From an uncultured Pseudomonadota bacterium (GTDB taxonomy: Bacteria > Oederibacteriota > Muellerivitia > Muellerivitales > Muellerivitaceae), in NCBI GenBank assembly GCA_963836235.1, contig CAWIIP010000002.1, positions 32,001 through 96,000 of the forward strand: a DNA stretch of 64,000 nucleotides, given 5' to 3'. The position numbers and the translations under genes were made by a program. Every line of letters starts with the position of its first letter. Position 1 is the stretch's first letter. Positions 36,149-45,459 of this stretch are shown here, one piece after another. A model generated the notes under the pieces. It worked only from the letters and a program-made list of their open reading frames with translations, did not search any database and had not been told where the DNA came from.

Positions 36149-37189
36149 TTAGACGTATTCTTTTTCGAGGACGGAGATGCGCTTAAGGAAATCCATCGAC
36201 CGATCCAAAAGATGCCCAGCCCCCATCGCGACTGCGGTAGTAGGATCGTCCGCCAGGTTGACAGGAACGCCGGTTTCATCCCGCAGACGCTCATCCAAAT
36301 TCTTCAACAAAGAAGAACCGCCAGCTAGGATGATACCCCGGTCGACAATATCCGCCGCCAACTCGGGAGGTGTCCGCTCCAAGGTCATTTTGATGCACTC
36401 GATAATGGGAATCAGGGGCTCTTCCAAAGCGCCTCGAACCTCTTCCGAAGTCAATTCAATGGTTTTAGGAAGTCCGGTCACCAAATCCCTTCCTTTAATC
36501 TGCATACGCAGTTCCTGCTCCAAAGGAAAGGCCGATCCGATTTGAATTTTGACATCCTCGGCCGTTCTCTCGCCCACAAGGATGTTATAGGTGCGTTTAA
36601 TGTAATTAATAACCGCCTCGTCCAACTCGTCTCCCGCCGTTCGGATAGACTTTCCATAAACAATATCACCCAGGGAGATAACAGCCACTTCGGTAGTGCC
36701 GCCACCGATATCCACGATCATATTTCCCTGCGGTTCGGCGATCGGCATGCCGGCCCCGATGGCAGCCGCCATCGGCTCTTCCACAAGGTAAACTTCCCGC
36801 GCCCCCGCTTGCTCGGCGGAGTCACGAACAGCCCTTTTCTCCACCTCGGTACAACCTGAAGGAATGGCCACAACAATACGAGGACGGATTAAGGAACGGC
36901 GATTATGAACCTTTGAAATGAAATAACGCAGCATTCGTTCTGTGACTTCAAAGTCGGCGATCACGCCGTCCTTCATTGGACGAATGGCGACGATGGAGCC
37001 GGGAGTTCTTCCCAGCATTAGTTTGGCGTCATTACCCACGGCCAAGATTTGATTGGTGGCCTTATGGACGACAACGAGGGAAGGTTCTTGGAGGACGATT
37101 CCACGTCCTTTGACGTAAACGAGTGTGGTCGCTGTGCCCAAGTCGATCGCGACGTCGCTTGAGAAAAGCCCCAATAGAAAATTAAGCAA
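36149..37189 (-). CDS. mreB: actin-like MreB
   Basis: [32 protein letters not shown]. Confidence 0.97.
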   Translation of the reverse strand: MLNFLLGLFSSDVAIDLGTATTLVYVKGRGIVLQEPSLVVVHKATNQILAVGNDAKLMLGRTPGSIVAIRPMKDGVIADFEVTERMLRYFISKVHNRRSLIRPRIVVAIPSGCTEVEKRAVRDSAEQAGAREVYLVEEPMAAAIGAGMPIAEPQGNMIVDIGGGTTEVAVISLGDIVYGKSIRTAGDELDEAVINYIKRTYNILVGERTAEDVKIQIGSAFPLEQELRMQIKGRDLVTGLPKTIELTSEEVRGALEEPLIPIIECIKMTLERTPPELAADIVDRGIILAGGSSLLKNLDERLRDETGVPVNLADDPTTAVAMGAGHLLDRSMDFLKRISVLEKEYV

Positions 37190-37465
37190 TCAAATCTCCT
37201 TTACCGGGCCTCCCGGAAAATACCTAAAAGGCGCCCAGTCAACCCGTAAAACTTTTCCCGGAATGATGAACGGGACAAAAAAAAGAACCCCGGTTGGAAA
37301 AACCGAGGAATTCAAAAACCCTTTATAGCCAATAAGTCAAGAGGTTGCAGTGTAACACAGCGGTTTATTGAGTCCAATCCTTTTAAATCCAGCCAAAAAC
37401 ATAGGGGGGCTCCGGATAAAACCCATAAAGTTTTTTAGGAAATAATTACCAAACCATTGAACGCG

Positions 37466-37936
37466 TTATTTATTTTTCTCGATAACAGGCGTGGGTTTGG
37501 GTTCGGATTTCTTGGACTTATCCCTGAGGATCCTCTCAAACAGCTTCAAGTATTCTTTCTTAAGTTCGGCTGGGGAAGAATTTCGGTACAGACCTTCATT
37601 GAACTTTTCACCCAAGTACTCTTTGCTTTCGCGGATGAATGTTAAAAGGGCCCCGACATTTTCATCGGCCTCAGTAGTGCCGGAGGGAGTTTCGATGACA
37701 ACTTTTTGAAGCACCCCTTCCCGGTAGCGCCCGACTTGGTCTTCGGTCGGATTAACGATTCCTGAAATTTTTCCCGTGAAGTTTTCAATAAAAAAAAGGA
37801 TTTCGATTTCTTTACCATACAACTCAGAAATACCTACAAGGGGCTTGGATTGCGGATGACTTTGTAAGTCGATCCCGCATTCACTGCAAAATTTGTTTTT
37901 AGGGTCGTTTTTAGTCCCGCACTGGCCGCACTTCAT
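37466..37936 (-). CDS. zinc-ribbon domain protein
   Basis: N-terminal CGQCG...FCSECG. Confidence 0.8.
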   Translation of the reverse strand: MKCGQCGTKNDPKNKFCSECGIDLQSHPQSKPLVGISELYGKEIEILFFIENFTGKISGIVNPTEDQVGRYREGVLQKVVIETPSGTTEADENVGALLTFIRESKEYLGEKFNEGLYRNSSPAELKKEYLKLFERILRDKSKKSEPKPTPVIEKNK

Positions 37937-38275
37937 GTGAATCCTTCAATATAGAGTCTCTAAGTTGGCTAACTATACCATGTAAGATTGGTGTTTCAAG
38001 TGGTTTTGCCCTATTTTCACGTTATCTTGACAATACTAACGACCCTTTATGGCGTAACTTGAGAACCTTTGAGGCACAGATTAAGAGAAGTTAACTATTC
38101 CAGAAAGTTCCGTAAAATTGAAATTGCAATTTCGGTCTTGTCGAAAATATCGTTTCAAGGAAATGTAAATAATATTTCAACTTATTCACATTCAAAATTG
38201 TCGGATCAAGTTTGAATATTCTTATTGAATACACCATCAATTTGGATATATTTTTCATCCATGTCAGTGAATAAG

Positions 38276-38434
38276 ATGAAAAGCAAATTAAACGCTTCAG
38301 GACAAGCGGCTGTTGAATATCTTTTGACACTCACAGCAATTTTTATCGCTTTTGCGGGAGTGTCGATTCTCTTCTCGAACCAGGTAAATCATTATTTATC
38401 GTTGTTGTTCGACCTGATTATTCTACCGTTTTGA
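38276..38434 (+). CDS. small Flp/TadE-like pilin
   Basis: Prepilin motif SG|QAAVEY followed by a hydrophobic helix. Confidence 0.75.
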   Translation: MKSKLNASGQAAVEYLLTLTAIFIAFAGVSILFSNQVNHYLSLLFDLIILPF

Positions 38435-38462
38435 AGCGAGCTTTTTTCAAAGGAGAAGTGAA

Positions 38463-38654
38463 ATGAAGAAGCCTAATCAAAAGGGCCAAGGAATGACGGA
38501 GTATATTTTAATCGTCGCCTTAATTGCCGTTGCTGTCATAGGCGCCGTTAAATTCTTCGGAAATAAAACAAGTGCAGGATTCACAAATACAGCCAATGCC
38601 ATTAATGGCGCTGTTCAAAGCGGAGTAAATTCAGGTTCTGCTCCCGTAACCTGA
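38463..38654 (+). CDS. flp: Flp family type IVb/c pilin
   Basis: KG|QGMTEYILIVALIAVAVI Flp motif; AAGGAG RBS. Confidence 0.92.
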   Translation: MKKPNQKGQGMTEYILIVALIAVAVIGAVKFFGNKTSAGFTNTANAINGAVQSGVNSGSAPVT

Positions 38655-38658
38655 ATCA

Positions 38659-39192
38659 ATGTTAAGAAACCAAAAGGGGCAATCAGCGGTGGAGTTGGCG
38701 GTTATTGCCCCTTTTTTATTTTTCTTTTTTTTTGCTGTAATTCAAGTTTCCTACATTTCTTATGTTTCACTCGCTGTTCAACGAGCCGCTTTAGCCATTG
38801 CCCGAACAGCCTCGGTCGGCGGAAAAAATAATTCTACCGCTTTTAAAATCCAACTTGCCATTTCCCTGCTTCCCCTCATTAGTTTGAATCAAAAAACACT
38901 TTTAACGATCTTATCAAGTAATTTCGAGATTATAACTTCTTGGGACAACACTAATGTTACAGCCCGGGTGAGTTACCCTATGCCCATTTGGGTTCCATTA
39001 GTAGGCAATGTTTTTTGCAATCAACTTGTACCTTCTGTGAATTATAACAATACGTCTGAGGGTCAGGCTGTTAAAACAGCTTTACAACTTCTAAATCTGA
39101 ATCCGCCTGATTTATCTTTTCAAGGAGTTCAATTGCCCGTCCGTTGGATCACTTATGAAGCTACTACTTTCAACGAAGCTTACTGGCACTAA
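38659..39192 (+). CDS. TadE-like pseudopilin
   Basis: KG|QSAVELAVIAP..., AALAIARTA. Confidence 0.85.
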   Translation: MLRNQKGQSAVELAVIAPFLFFFFFAVIQVSYISYVSLAVQRAALAIARTASVGGKNNSTAFKIQLAISLLPLISLNQKTLLTILSSNFEIITSWDNTNVTARVSYPMPIWVPLVGNVFCNQLVPSVNYNNTSEGQAVKTALQLLNLNPPDLSFQGVQLPVRWITYEATTFNEAYWH

Positions 39193-39197
39193 ACAAA

Positions 39198-40316
39198 ATG
39201 ATAACTCTGAAGAATTTCAGCCAAAAACCTTGTGGGCAAGTCCTATTAGCTACTCTTCTTTTTTGTTTTATTTTCATTGCTCTATTTGCTGGCCTCTACA
39301 AAGCCGGGACGGCTTATATCATGAAAGAACAATCTCGGAGAGCGGTAAATTTAACAGCCTTGTCAGCAGGCGCAATTTATGCCAACGGCCTAGAATTGGT
39401 CCGAGAATCCAACGCTATCATTTTGGTTTGGGCCGGATTTGATGCAATAGTAGTTGGCGATGCTATTGCAGCAGCATTAATGGCACCCCCCCCGTTAGAC
39501 ATTGGAACTGTTATGTTTGCCGCTGAAGAAGCCGATCCCCATACCCGGGATCCTTGGCAGGACGCCTTTGCTTCTGTATTTGGCGTAGATACGCCTGCCG
39601 GAGCTGGGGCATTTCCATCTCTTATCGAAGGCCAATCCCTCGCGACCGCAAACGAAAACGGACTTTCATTTATGCCTGTTTTTCTCTACAACTACGAAAC
39701 CGGGACCGCTACGGATGTCATTGTGCCAAACATGGCTCTGCGTTTTCGTTATGCAGATGAATTCCTCCCGGAAGATCAAAAAGCAACTTATTCATTAATG
39801 CATAATGGCCAAAGGAGTTATTTTTCGGCGGATCAAGTTGAATCCGCCAACAATCCAAAAAACCCGAACCAAATGCGAGTCAAGGAAAGTTTGGGCCCAC
39901 CCTATGCCGGCTGGTGGGTCCGCAAGGAAACCGATGGAAGCAATGATGATACCCAAGGACACAATCCCCTTTCCGTATTTGGTCCTATTTCCAAGTTGAA
40001 ATTTATTAAGGATTATTTGCATCAATTCAAATTGGACATTACCGATAGAGACGACCCACCTTGCCATACTTTCACCCTCCTCGGGAATATCAATGGAAAA
40101 TTCGGGAATAAAAATAAATCTTTTTATCAAGCAAGTGAAGTAAGGATAGAAACTAATGGACTCGCACCATGGGACCTGCTGAATCCTTTTCAAATTTATT
40201 TAACACTCGTGAATATCGGTGAGTTCCCGGTTTTACGGGAGGCGTTTGAGACATTTAATAACATACCTGTTTTGAAACAAATCCTTCAAACTTCCGATGC
40301 ATTGAATGGAATATGA
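39198..40316 (+). CDS. TadG-like pilus-associated protein
   Basis: CG|QVLLATLLF hydrophobic start, AVNLTALSAGA; position in the tad cluster. Confidence 0.7.
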   Translation: MITLKNFSQKPCGQVLLATLLFCFIFIALFAGLYKAGTAYIMKEQSRRAVNLTALSAGAIYANGLELVRESNAIILVWAGFDAIVVGDAIAAALMAPPPLDIGTVMFAAEEADPHTRDPWQDAFASVFGVDTPAGAGAFPSLIEGQSLATANENGLSFMPVFLYNYETGTATDVIVPNMALRFRYADEFLPEDQKATYSLMHNGQRSYFSADQVESANNPKNPNQMRVKESLGPPYAGWWVRKETDGSNDDTQGHNPLSVFGPISKLKFIKDYLHQFKLDITDRDDPPCHTFTLLGNINGKFGNKNKSFYQASEVRIETNGLAPWDLLNPFQIYLTLVNIGEFPVLREAFETFNNIPVLKQILQTSDALNGI

Positions 40317-40780
40317 GAATTTTCAAAAATATTAAAACTGAAAAAGGCCAGGCACTTATCGAGATGCTTATCGCCCTCCCGCTCCTGTGCCTCTTCTCCG
40401 CCGGCATTATCCAGTTTGCCATTCTGTTTTTGTCTTATGTCCAATTTGAACACGCTTGTGGCGAAGCTGCTCGGCAATATGCCGCTGGAATAATTGGCAA
40501 AGATTCTCTTGAACCCGAAATCGAGAATAACTTGGGTTACTTCCGGGGTTATTTTGATTTGTATTCACTGACCGCAACGATTCAACAACCTCAATCAGCC
40601 CCGGACCGTGTTTTAAATAACGTAAGGAACATCGTTTCAAAAATACCTGGCGGCCTCACATACGATGGTTATGAATGGTCCGTTAACATCAATTGCAGGC
40701 CTCCCTTCTTCTTCGCCGCTATTTTTACAGGCGGCATTCCCTTCCATACCGTTATGCAAGTTTACCGGTATCCAGGGTAA
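40313..40780 (+). CDS. TadE-like pseudopilin
   Basis: KG|QALIEMLIALP, ACGEAARQ. Confidence 0.88.
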   Translation: MRIFKNIKTEKGQALIEMLIALPLLCLFSAGIIQFAILFLSYVQFEHACGEAARQYAAGIIGKDSLEPEIENNLGYFRGYFDLYSLTATIQQPQSAPDRVLNNVRNIVSKIPGGLTYDGYEWSVNINCRPPFFFAAIFTGGIPFHTVMQVYRYPG

Positions 40781-40782
40781 CC

Positions 40783-41505
40783 ATGAAAAACCATAAGTGG
40801 TTTTGGATAACATTTGGCACCTGGTGTTTTATTGCGACAATGGGCGCATGGGCTTTGATTTTTGCGCCTTTTCACTTGAATTCAAAAAAGATTTCTGAAT
40901 TCCAATTGAAAATCAACGGATATCCGAGTCAAAACCAAGTTTTAGCCAGCTCAGCTCCAATTGACAAATCTTTGAATGCGATAACCGGACAATGGGAAAG
41001 TGAAGGTTGGAAATCTCAGACAAATACTATAAATTTGGCTCCCATCCTCATGAACATTCCAGAAAATTACGAAAAGTTGGCGTCTTCATTAGTGCAACTT
41101 CAGATATTTCAAAAAAACGGGGATTATCGTCTTTTGGGACTCTTTGATAACTCCAACAATAATCAAACTTATCAATGGATTGAAGAGGTCCCTAAAAAAG
41201 CAATCCAGTCCGAAGATCCATCTAAAGTTGAATTTCCGCTGAAACCTCCACAATCTGCTTTAAATGTTTTTACGATTAAGTCCAAAAAAATTGAAACATG
41301 TGGTTGGTCATTTTCCTCAAGTTCAAAAATCGAAGATCAATTCATCCACACTTATGCTTCCGAAGGATTCAATGGAAAAATTTGGTCGAAACATACTGGT
41401 GAATCAGTTTATATCCTCCAAAGGGGGACTATTAAACTTTTAGCTGTCCTGAATCAATCGGGCAACAGAAATACAATTTCATTGGTGAAACTCAACAAAA
41501 GATAG
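40783..41505 (+). CDS. hypothetical membrane-anchored protein in the tad cluster
   Basis: ATG 2 nt after the tadE stop; N-terminal TM. Confidence 0.7.
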   Translation: MKNHKWFWITFGTWCFIATMGAWALIFAPFHLNSKKISEFQLKINGYPSQNQVLASSAPIDKSLNAITGQWESEGWKSQTNTINLAPILMNIPENYEKLASSLVQLQIFQKNGDYRLLGLFDNSNNNQTYQWIEEVPKKAIQSEDPSKVEFPLKPPQSALNVFTIKSKKIETCGWSFSSSSKIEDQFIHTYASEGFNGKIWSKHTGESVYILQRGTIKLLAVLNQSGNRNTISLVKLNKR

Positions 41506-41567
41506 TTTAAAATTCAGTGCATTTTCTATTCAAGGTGATTTTTTGACGTAATTGGCGCGGGGGCATC

Positions 41568-42350
41568 ATGAATAATCGGAATTCAATCATCGCACTCATT
41601 GTTGGAGTTTTCTGTGGTGCGCTAGCTTTCTTCTTGCTTTATCAAACCGCTTCCGAAATCGAAAAGAAGGCAACACCCGTTCAAGTATTAGTTGCTTCCG
41701 ATTACATACCAGTTGGCGTCTTTTTAAAAGCCAATATGGTTGAAAAAAAAACCGTCCCAGAGTCGTTTGTGAGCCCGAGTGCTATACGCGATTTGCGGGA
41801 AGTGGACGATTTGATGACATTAGTTCCTATTTCAGAGGGCGAACAAATCCAGTCCAATAAGTTTGGAACGGGTGAAGAGACCCTGGCCTTGTCCCTAAAC
41901 CCCGGTTTCCGGGCCTATACTCTTGAAGTAAATGAAACCAGTGGTGTCGGAAACCTCATCCGGCCCGGCAATCATGTGGACATTCTAACCAAGCTCGATT
42001 CCGACAAACGTGAAGTGACTTCCTTTGTTTTCCAGAATCTACAAGTATTGGCCGTCGGTCAAAAGCTGAATTCGATTCAACATTCCAAAAAAGAGAAAGA
42101 GTCTATCGTCGATGATAGCAATTCTGGATATAGCACTATCACTTTGGCCGTCACCCCGGAGCAAGCTGAAACCTTGATGTATTTGGACGGCCGTCCCCTT
42201 CGATTGATATTGCGGAGTTCCAATGACGACGAAATTGTTTCGGTAACAAATCAAAGTGAAGCGGAAGTTCTTTCAAAACTTGGGCATTTCGTGCCGTCCA
42301 CGCATCACAACATTGAAATTATTCGGGGCGGTGTAAAGCAAGGAGAATAA
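41568..42350 (+). CDS. cpaB: Flp pilus assembly protein CpaB/RcpC
   Basis: SAF domain VLVASDYIP, PGFRAYTL, GVGNLIRPGNHVDIL, TLAVTPEQAE. Confidence 0.93.
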   Translation: MNNRNSIIALIVGVFCGALAFFLLYQTASEIEKKATPVQVLVASDYIPVGVFLKANMVEKKTVPESFVSPSAIRDLREVDDLMTLVPISEGEQIQSNKFGTGEETLALSLNPGFRAYTLEVNETSGVGNLIRPGNHVDILTKLDSDKREVTSFVFQNLQVLAVGQKLNSIQHSKKEKESIVDDSNSGYSTITLAVTPEQAETLMYLDGRPLRLILRSSNDDEIVSVTNQSEAEVLSKLGHFVPSTHHNIEIIRGGVKQGE

Positions 42351-42352
42351 GT

Positions 42353-43357
42353 ATGCGTAAGAATAATTTTAGGTTTTTTCTTTTTTTGACGATATTTACA
42401 TCGAACGTTTTTGCCGGGCCCAGCCCTATACACTTAACCATTGGCGAATCAAAGTTAATTCATGTCGAATCCGCCAAAAAAGTCGCCATTGGAAACTCTG
42501 CTATCGCAGATGTAACCGCCGTCAGCGACCAAGAAATTTTAATTTCAGCCAAATCAGCCGGAAACACCAATCTTATTTTTATCTCTCCCGATGGTGAAAA
42601 AGAAACCCGTGCCATAACCGTTTCGACTCATAATCTGAAGAAATCCATGGTGGAAGTAGACGTTGAAATCATGGAAATCGAGTCCACAAGTGCGCTTATG
42701 GCTGGTTTAAGCTGGGGTTCAATTTCGGATACTTCTACTACTACCAATATTACACAAAATAACATTTCCATAAGTGAAAACTCCCCTCCACCGCTTGTCG
42801 CTTTCAGTTCACTAACCCGACAAGCCCTTTCAGCGAGTATCCAACTACTGATTAACCGAGGCAAAGCCAAGATTCTTTCAAAACCAAAACTTTTAGCAGT
42901 AAGCGGAGAGGACGCCAGCTTTTTGGCCGGTGGCGAAGTTCCTTATGTCACGCAAAGCCAACTCGGTTCAACGAACGTTCAATGGAAACCTTACGGTGTG
43001 AAACTAAAAGCTCGTCCAACAATCGATGCCGATGGCAATATCGCTGCTAGCCTTCGAGCTGAAGTGAGTGGACTCGATCCTCAAAATGGAGTGTCCACCG
43101 GAAACGGGATTGTCATTCCCGCCTTACGGACCCGTTGGGTAGAAACAACGGTATATATGAAAAGTGGAAGCACATTGGTGATTGCTGGACTCATCGACGA
43201 TGAAAGTCAAAAATTGACTTCTGGAATTCCCTTGTTGAGTGACATACCCATTCTCGGCGAACTTTTCCGATTCACTGATAATACTCACAATGAAACCGAA
43301 CTCGTCATTTTTGTCACAACCTCTTTAGTAGGACAAACAGACGAAGAAGAAAATTAA
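42353..43357 (+). CDS. cpaC: Flp pilus secretin CpaC/RcpA
   Basis: VAIGNSAIADV N-domain, ASFLAGGEVP, GIPLLSDIPILGELF, ELVIFVT. Confidence 0.92.
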   Translation: MRKNNFRFFLFLTIFTSNVFAGPSPIHLTIGESKLIHVESAKKVAIGNSAIADVTAVSDQEILISAKSAGNTNLIFISPDGEKETRAITVSTHNLKKSMVEVDVEIMEIESTSALMAGLSWGSISDTSTTTNITQNNISISENSPPPLVAFSSLTRQALSASIQLLINRGKAKILSKPKLLAVSGEDASFLAGGEVPYVTQSQLGSTNVQWKPYGVKLKARPTIDADGNIAASLRAEVSGLDPQNGVSTGNGIVIPALRTRWVETTVYMKSGSTLVIAGLIDDESQKLTSGIPLLSDIPILGELFRFTDNTHNETELVIFVTTSLVGQTDEEEN

Positions 43358-43358
43358 T

Positions 43359-43874
43359 TCATTTTTCTGCTTTAGGCGCCCCCAACACCCCTTCCACTAA
43401 ATCCCCTGCTTTAAGCCCGTTTTGGGTGAACCAACCAGCGTTCATTTCGAGCGCGAATTTGGCGGGCCCATTGGAAGGAAAAGTTTGCTCGGTTTGTGGG
43501 GGCATTTCCAGGGTATTCAGAACGACCCCCTTCTCATCCATAAAAGCGATGCTGAGGGGGATAACGGTGTTTTTCATCCAAAAATAACGTTGCGCCGTGT
43601 CGTCAAAAACAAAAAGCATCCCGTTGTCCCAATCCATGCGCTGACGGAACATTAGACCCGTTTCTCGGGTTGCTTCTTGATTGGCTACCTCCACAAAAAT
43701 CTCGTGCCCATTTAATTTCAGGGAAGAAACGGGCAGATCACTCTTGAGAACATGCCGACAGGAGAAACCAAAAAGAACAACCATCCCAAAGAAGAGAATG
43801 GTTTTCAAAAATGTCCGGTTCAGTTTAAAGCTATTCAATTTTCCATCCTTAACTCTTAACCTAACCAGCACCAA
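43359..43874 (-). CDS. DUF192 family protein
   Basis: GLMFR, GMLFVF, FWMKNT.IPLSIAF, ALEMNAG; start uncertain. Confidence 0.9.
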   Translation of the reverse strand: MVLVRLRVKDGKLNSFKLNRTFLKTILFFGMVVLFGFSCRHVLKSDLPVSSLKLNGHEIFVEVANQEATRETGLMFRQRMDWDNGMLFVFDDTAQRYFWMKNTVIPLSIAFMDEKGVVLNTLEMPPQTEQTFPSNGPAKFALEMNAGWFTQNGLKAGDLVEGVLGAPKAEK

Positions 43875-43958
43875 AAACCTGAAAAAAGCCTTATTTTCAA
43901 GGGCTTTTCGAGTGATTTAAATTGACCTCGCTGATCAACTTACTTTAATATATCCCAT

Positions 43959-45074
43959 ATGAAAAAACTTTGTTTAACTTTTGTTTTCATTTTAATGGCC
44001 CTCCCCTTCCTATCTCAAGAAGCCTTTTCAGCAACTCATAAGAAGAAGAAATCTAAAAAAGTAGTTTTGGCCACAACCCCGACACCCGTGGTTACTCTCG
44101 CGCCAACTCCTGCCCCAGCAATTGTGGAACGAAACCACGGGGTTCCTCGTGAAAAACTATCGGTCGCCTATGGCTATGCTAAAAGCCTCTTTGCCGCAAA
44201 GGATTTTGATAAAGCAAAAGAAATCTTCAAGAAGCTTGTGCTGGTTTCCACCGATTCGGACCTTAACGCCAATTCTCTTTATTTATATTCCCAATGCTCC
44301 TTCCGCACTGAGGATTATGCGGCCTGCGTGAGGGCCCTGACCATCCTGGCGAAGAGGTGGCCCACCACCCCTCTTATCAAAACTGGTTATGTTTCCCACT
44401 TTTGCTCGGCTCTCATCAAAGAAGTCGCTAGCGTCCAGACCAATTGGGATTATTACCGTTTCAAGGAAAGAATAAATGAGGATGGAACCCCCCTTTGGAA
44501 GGAAAGCATCCCGCCAGGCTTCAAGATTAAGCGGATCAATTTCAAGCTAGGTTTCGGCCTTTACCGCGTCTTGAAGATCATCAATCCCGACGCGCCGGAA
44601 GCCCGACTCGCGAAAGCCCAGTTAAATTACATGCTTAACGCTCCCATCACCATGCTTTGGGTGGATGAAAAAGCGCCGTCCAATAAATGGGGTCATCCGG
44701 AGGATTTTGTTTCTTATTTCTCAACGGTGGAGAAAAAGGATTTTTCGAACGTGATATGCGACAGGATGTTCTTCGATTGGAAAACCGAGAAACTTTACCT
44801 GTTCCTGAACATGGATGACGATGTGCGCAACTTGAAGCCTCGCTTCATCGCCATGACCAAGGAAGCAGACGAATCCGAAGCCCCGGCCGCTCCTTCTTCT
44901 GCTGTTCAAGGGGCGCCTCCCGTTCCCGGAGTTAACGCTACCGCCATTCTACCCCAGCAGGATCCAACAGCCGTCTTGACCCTGTCCAAATTGTTTCTTG
45001 TCTCCGGTTATAATCCTTACGACGACAGTTACACGAGCACTATTGAATCCTCACCCACTGACCTGAATCTTTGA
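43959..45074 (+). CDS. exported TPR-containing hypothetical protein
   Basis: Signal peptide, TPTP linker, TPR-like helices (YAKSLF..KDFDKA, SLYLYSQCSF). Confidence 0.7.
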   Translation: MKKLCLTFVFILMALPFLSQEAFSATHKKKKSKKVVLATTPTPVVTLAPTPAPAIVERNHGVPREKLSVAYGYAKSLFAAKDFDKAKEIFKKLVLVSTDSDLNANSLYLYSQCSFRTEDYAACVRALTILAKRWPTTPLIKTGYVSHFCSALIKEVASVQTNWDYYRFKERINEDGTPLWKESIPPGFKIKRINFKLGFGLYRVLKIINPDAPEARLAKAQLNYMLNAPITMLWVDEKAPSNKWGHPEDFVSYFSTVEKKDFSNVICDRMFFDWKTEKLYLFLNMDDDVRNLKPRFIAMTKEADESEAPAAPSSAVQGAPPVPGVNATAILPQQDPTAVLTLSKLFLVSGYNPYDDSYTSTIESSPTDLNL

Positions 45075-45081
45075 GTCACCC

Positions 45082-45459
45082 ATGAATTTCCGTTTGTGCT
45101 TTCTGGCGGCTTTTTTCTTAATTTTCTCAACTGTCTTGGCCGCTGATTTACCTACCGCAACTCCAGACACTTCTTTAACAACATCCGCGACTCCCAAACC
45201 CACTCCCGTCAAACCCAATTATTCCAATAGCCCCAGTACGACAGAAGCCCTTGTGATTCATAAACCCAAACCATCCCCGGCTTGGGGAAAAGTCATTCAA
45301 TACCACCGGGAGCAAGTAACATCCTTGTCCGATAAAGAGCAAGAAACGCTACATCAGTTCGTTTTTCAGGATGATAACGGGATTATTCGAACCGCTATAT
45401 TCCACGAAAACGCTTCAGGCGATGGTTACTGGGAAGTTTGGGTATGGGATCAACCTTAG
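45082..45459 (+). CDS. small exported hypothetical protein with Pro/Thr linker
   Basis: Signal peptide ending VLA, PTATP/PKPTP linker. Confidence 0.7.
   Translation: MNFRLCFLAAFFLIFSTVLAADLPTATPDTSLTTSATPKPTPVKPNYSNSPSTTEALVIHKPKPSPAWGKVIQYHREQVTSLSDKEQETLHQFVFQDDNGIIRTAIFHENASGDGYWEVWVWDQP

Noticed and set aside
37937-38275. c-di-GMP riboswitch upstream of the tad genes
   Set aside because: No GEMM-type consensus could be recognised; the region looks like an AT-rich promoter region.
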